Origin: a virus
Lineage: Duplodnaviria; Caudoviricetes
DNA length: 56,445 nt
IMG/VR virus record: IMGVR_UViG_3300031718_000013
Location: 1 to 56,445 of that record
Direction: 5' to 3' (one strand)
Below, piece after piece: positions 53,048-56,445 of the stretch. Below the pieces are notes generated by a model, which saw only the letters and a program-made list of their open reading frames with translations, was not told where the DNA came from and searched no databases. Both the position numbers and the translations under genes were made by a program. The first letter of the stretch is position 1, and each line of letters opens with the position of its first letter.

Positions 53048-54040
53048 TCAGAGCAACCCCTTCCCGGCGTAATCGGAAAATAATTTCGCAGAACGCACGT
53101 AGGATCTGAGTGTTTCGACACTGCGATGGCGTGACGTATCCATCATCGACCAGATCGATGCGCCCGCTTCGGCCGAACTGGTTAAGAAGCCGCTTCTGAG
53201 AGAGTGTGCAGAATAGGTGTTTGCTGGCAATCCGGCACCCTCGACGCGCCGTTTAAGGATTTGGCCGATTGCCGAGCCTGCCAGCCGTTCCCCAAGCTCC
53301 TGACGGCCCTGAACGGCCAAGAACACGGCTCCTGAGATGATATGGGCAAATCTAAGCCACCGCGTCACGGCGACCACCGGGCACGTCCTGGGCGACTTCG
53401 ACCCATAGGGAACGGCGATCACGGCTGACTGGCCGGCCTGGTCCGTCTTCGATCGTCGGATCGTCAATCTAAGGCCCTCGGGGCAGAACTGCAGGTCGTC
53501 AACGTCGAGCGCGACCAGCTCGGATCGACGCAGCGCGCCGGCAAATCCGAGCAGCAGCAAAGCGCGGTCCCGGAAGTCTCGAGCTTGGTTGGTGCCAGCG
53601 TAAGGAATGGCGTCGATAATTTTCAGCAGATCGACGGCGAGCAGTGGCGCCGATGGCTCGACCGCGGTCCCGAGCTTGTTTCGGATGCCGGCCAGCGTCG
53701 ATCGAGCGGCTTGATCGAAAGGATCGGGAAGCTCGAGCACTCGATAGGCGTGGCGGACGGCAGCAACGCGCCTCACGATCGTCATTGCCTTGACGTCGCT
53801 GGAGGCTTGAGAGGCAAGAAATTCGGCAAGCTGGCCAGCAGCAAGTCTAAACGGCTGATAGCCACGATCGCGGCACCAGTCGGCCAAGATCCGAACGTCC
53901 GAAGCATAGGATCGACGGGTGTTGTCGGACTTTTCAGCCCGGATGAATTCCTTGGCGACCTCGGGAATTGGGATTTTGTTGGTTATATTATTACCAGCAT
54001 TTACCAAACCGACAGATTGCCCTAGAGCGCGAGTTTTCAT
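53048..54040 (-). CDS. Tyrosine recombinase, Cre-like integrase family
   Basis: RDRALLLLGFAGALRRSEL, RRSKTDQ, HSLRSG, SRHRS, YVR. Confidence 0.95.
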   Translation of the reverse strand: MKTRALGQSVGLVNAGNNITNKIPIPEVAKEFIRAEKSDNTRRSYASDVRILADWCRDRGYQPFRLAAGQLAEFLASQASSDVKAMTIVRRVAAVRHAYRVLELPDPFDQAARSTLAGIRNKLGTAVEPSAPLLAVDLLKIIDAIPYAGTNQARDFRDRALLLLGFAGALRRSELVALDVDDLQFCPEGLRLTIRRSKTDQAGQSAVIAVPYGSKSPRTCPVVAVTRWLRFAHIISGAVFLAVQGRQELGERLAGSAIGQILKRRVEGAGLPANTYSAHSLRSGFLTSSAEAGASIWSMMDTSRHRSVETLRSYVRSAKLFSDYAGKGLL

Positions 54041-54357
54041 TTTTGCGACCTCGCGCGAGCTTGGGCGATAAAGTCTTCCATCTCAACCATTTCGACCGTT
54101 TCCGCGAAGTCCTCGGGCCCGCGCGCTAGCAGCTCGAGATTTTCTATCGGCTCGAAAAGCGCTTTTCCGCGATCGATATTATTGGTTCTAACAAATTCGA
54201 CCGCAGAAGAAATGTGTCGAGTCCGGGTTGTAAAACCGATGCCGCGCTCCGGGCGACCGATCAGAGTCCACACCTCCGCACCGATCATAAACCCCCACTT
54301 CTCGCGATCCGGAACCGAAATAAGCCGCGCCTTTTGCCATCGTGGTTGTTTGCTCAT
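54037..54357 (-). CDS. Hypothetical protein
   Basis: ATGA overlaps on both sides. Confidence 0.65.
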   Translation of the reverse strand: MSKQPRWQKARLISVPDREKWGFMIGAEVWTLIGRPERGIGFTTRTRHISSAVEFVRTNNIDRGKALFEPIENLELLARGPEDFAETVEMVEMEDFIAQARARSQK

Positions 54358-54665
54358 GGGAACACGCATCCTTGACCGCCCTTCGCGATCGCGTCGACCA
54401 GCAGGCCGAACGCCTTTTCTCGATCGACGCGCGCTTTAACCACCTTGCACGCATGGATCACCGTCGTATGATTCAGCCCGCCGAATTTCCGCGCTATTTC
54501 CGGGAAGCTCGCATCGGTCAATTCCCGGCACAAGTAGAGCGCGACCTGACGGACGAAGGCGATCCGCTGACCTCGAGCTCTAACCAGCTCGACCGGATCG
54601 ACGTGAAAAAAATCACAAACGCGCCGCTGTATCGACTCGCAAGTTTCGGTGTCGGTGCCGATCAT
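54354..54665 (-). CDS. Stand-alone DnaA domain IV (DNA-binding) protein
   Basis: IQRRVCDFFHV...RQVALYLCRELTDASFPEIARKFGGLNHTTVIHAC. Confidence 0.88.
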   Translation of the reverse strand: MIGTDTETCESIQRRVCDFFHVDPVELVRARGQRIAFVRQVALYLCRELTDASFPEIARKFGGLNHTTVIHACKVVKARVDREKAFGLLVDAIAKGGQGCVFP

Positions 54666-54886
54666 GATCGCACCGTTTTTAATTCGACTAGACGAGTGTT
54701 TGCATAGCCGCGCCGGACGACTTTGGGATCGCCGCAACCGTTCGACGCGATTACCTCGATCGAATCGACGCGCCGCCCTCGACGATCCGACAAACCGACG
54801 CGGATATTGACGATCCCTAATGGCGTCTCGATGTGCAGACACTGGCCAGCTCGATTGTGTGAAATGCTCTTTATTTCAGTGCTCAT
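54662..54886 (-). CDS. Hypothetical protein
   Basis: AAGGAG RBS; ORF track. Confidence 0.7.
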   Translation of the reverse strand: MSTEIKSISHNRAGQCLHIETPLGIVNIRVGLSDRRGRRVDSIEVIASNGCGDPKVVRRGYANTRLVELKTVRS

Positions 54887-54992
54887 CCTAAAATCTCCTT
54901 AATTTCGTCAAGGTTCCACGATGGGGGCAGGCCCCGGAACCACCAGAGCGCGACCGCCCAGGCGATCCCGAGACCATGCCGCCCAGTGAAAA

Positions 54993-55538
54993 TCACCCTA
55001 ATTTGTCCCAATTCGGCGCTGGATCGGTGGCGAGATTGAACCGATGAATTACTTTCCAACCGGCTTTATCATCGCTAGGTCCGCAACCGAACGCCCCGAT
55101 TGCGTGTTTCCCCTGAAATTCCCCAGAGTGATACACCCGGTCAAGAATCAGCATTTCCCCGCTGGCTTCGTCGAAGGCGTACCCGTATTCCATGCCATTG
55201 TCTTCGGTCCCATCGACCGCGCACGCTTCCTCTGACCGCCACCCGTGGCAGAAGCAGTGTTGATCGTCCGGTCCGAACGCAGTGACCGTTTTATCGTGCT
55301 GCTTAATCTGCGTGTCAGGGCACCGGACTATGAAGCTAGACCAGCCCGCCGGATGATCGTCGATGGCGTATTTCAGGAACGCCGACAGATCGCCGTGAAA
55401 GTCATTTTTAATGGCGTGATAGAGCTCGGCGCCGAGCCAAGACGGGTAGCCGTCCCAATGGTGATAGACGCCTTTGAAAGCCATTCGATCCTTCTGTTCG
55501 CCTTTGACGATTCGGACAATCATAGATCGTGTACTCAT
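54993..55538 (-). CDS. Hypothetical early protein (MSTRS...YHHWDGYP type)
   Basis: GAGGGGAG RBS; conserved-looking Y.H.DGYP motif. Confidence 0.8.
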   Translation of the reverse strand: MSTRSMIVRIVKGEQKDRMAFKGVYHHWDGYPSWLGAELYHAIKNDFHGDLSAFLKYAIDDHPAGWSSFIVRCPDTQIKQHDKTVTAFGPDDQHCFCHGWRSEEACAVDGTEDNGMEYGYAFDEASGEMLILDRVYHSGEFQGKHAIGAFGCGPSDDKAGWKVIHRFNLATDPAPNWDKLG

Positions 55539-55580
55539 TTGTCTCTAACTCCCCTCGAAATTAATTCGCGGCCGCTGCCG

Positions 55581-55838
55581 CTACGGTTTCGGAATCCGCG
55601 CAACTTCGCCATTCGACGGATCGACAAAATCGATCCGGTCGTCGACGTCACCTAAAGACCCGACAAATTCCCGCTTAATCCGCCCTCGCTCGAGCATCAA
55701 GACCCCCTCGCCGGCGCCGCGGCCGACACCCGCTTTGGACAGATCGCGATAGTGCTCAAAGCATTGATCGGCCGTCCGATGAATCCCGCCGGCATACACC
55801 GTGCCGATATTTCCGACAATTACCCGATATTTTTCCAT
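55581..55838 (-). CDS. Hypothetical early protein
   Basis: Y.VIVGNIGTVY...GR..GE.V pattern. Confidence 0.7.
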   Translation of the reverse strand: MEKYRVIVGNIGTVYAGGIHRTADQCFEHYRDLSKAGVGRGAGEGVLMLERGRIKREFVGSLGDVDDRIDFVDPSNGEVARIPKP

Positions 55839-55843
55839 TGGCG

Positions 55844-56445
55844 TTAATTCCCCGCGGCCGCCGATACGGTCGGCGCTTCGTCCGCCTGGTAGTGAAAATG
55901 ATCGCACGGACAGGATTGCATTTGGCACTTGAGTAAATTGTCCAGCTCGTCTTTAGCGTGACACGATCCATCGTGCCCACAGGCGCACAGGCGCAATTTC
56001 GCTTTCGCTGCGAATGCCGACACGCGCACGGCCGTCTTCTGGCCTAATAGCTGCTCCATATTCTGTGGTGGCAGCATCTTAGTCAGACCCGTGAAATTCA
56101 GCGGCTTAGCGGCTCGCGCGCGTCGAGTCCGGCACGATATACACAGGCAATCCGCCGGATGTATCCAGGGCGCGCACGCATAGTGCGCGTATCCCGATTG
56201 CTTCGATCCGATATGGAAAGGCACAAGCCGGCCCATCGAAAGCGGCCGCACGCATACCCGGCAATTCGTCTTGCCGGCAGTCTCGATCGCTTTCTTGGAC
56301 TCAGGATCGAATTTCCGGATCCACGTGCCGAGCCGCACCAACAGACCGTCGATCGTCGATTTTGCCTTGACCGGCGCCGGCGCGATCAATTCCTCAAGAA
56401 TGCCGAAATCCTTGCTGGCGATCGCGCGCGCGATTGTTCTCTTTT
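55844..56445 (-). CDS. 3' part of the Cys-rich protein that starts at 140 across the junction
   Basis: Open frame to the window end; C..C...H..C and CACGH...C....C.C..F motifs. Confidence 0.75.
   Translation of the reverse strand, partial: KRTIARAIASKDFGILEELIAPAPVKAKSTIDGLLVRLGTWIRKFDPESKKAIETAGKTNCRVCVRPLSMGRLVPFHIGSKQSGYAHYACAPWIHPADCLCISCRTRRARAAKPLNFTGLTKMLPPQNMEQLLGQKTAVRVSAFAAKAKLRLCACGHDGSCHAKDELDNLLKCQMQSCPCDHFHYQADEAPTVSAAAGN
56319..56445. repeat. Terminal direct repeat, copy 2
   Basis: Identical to 1-127. Confidence 0.97.

Noticed and set aside
54912-54945. GGTTCC...GGAACC-ACCA hairpin as a tRNA fragment or attP
   Set aside because: No T-arm consensus; more likely an ordinary intergenic stem-loop.
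1-56445. Genome-wide stop-codon reassignment explaining the TGA in the MTase
   Set aside because: TGA ends many well-defined genes with ATGA overlaps, and simple read-through would not fix the +1 frame offset.

Overview
This window is a complete, circularly assembled dsDNA tailed-phage genome of about 56.3 kb. Bases 1-127 are identical to 56319-56445, and one ORF reads through the junction. The virion module looks podovirus-like: terminase, portal, scaffold, capsid, adaptor, ejection-like proteins and nozzle, with no tape measure or sheath recognised. It is followed by a GH108 endolysin with membrane proteins, an accessory block (glycosyltransferase-sulfotransferase fusion, papain-like peptidase, metallopeptidase), an initiator/loader/DnaB replication module, RecT, a PD-(D/E)XK nuclease and an Hjc-like resolvase. 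A leftward early operon includes a stand-alone DnaA domain IV and ends in a Cre-like tyrosine recombinase. Two features stand out. (1) A 642-nt cassette sits exactly at the catalytic SPPY motif of the DNA methyltransferase. It carries an antisense LAGLIDADG endonuclease with its own promoter and a recoded replacement copy of the gene's first 26 codons, ending in a hairpin plus TAT-TGA-C, one frame away from the rest of the gene. (2) A 7-kb block at the tail-fibre position encodes six proteins, including a tailspike-like beta-helix, that all carry Sec or lipoprotein signal peptides; all are Cys-rich and three have Thr-Ala linkers. Product calls rest on motif recognition by eye; no searches were run.
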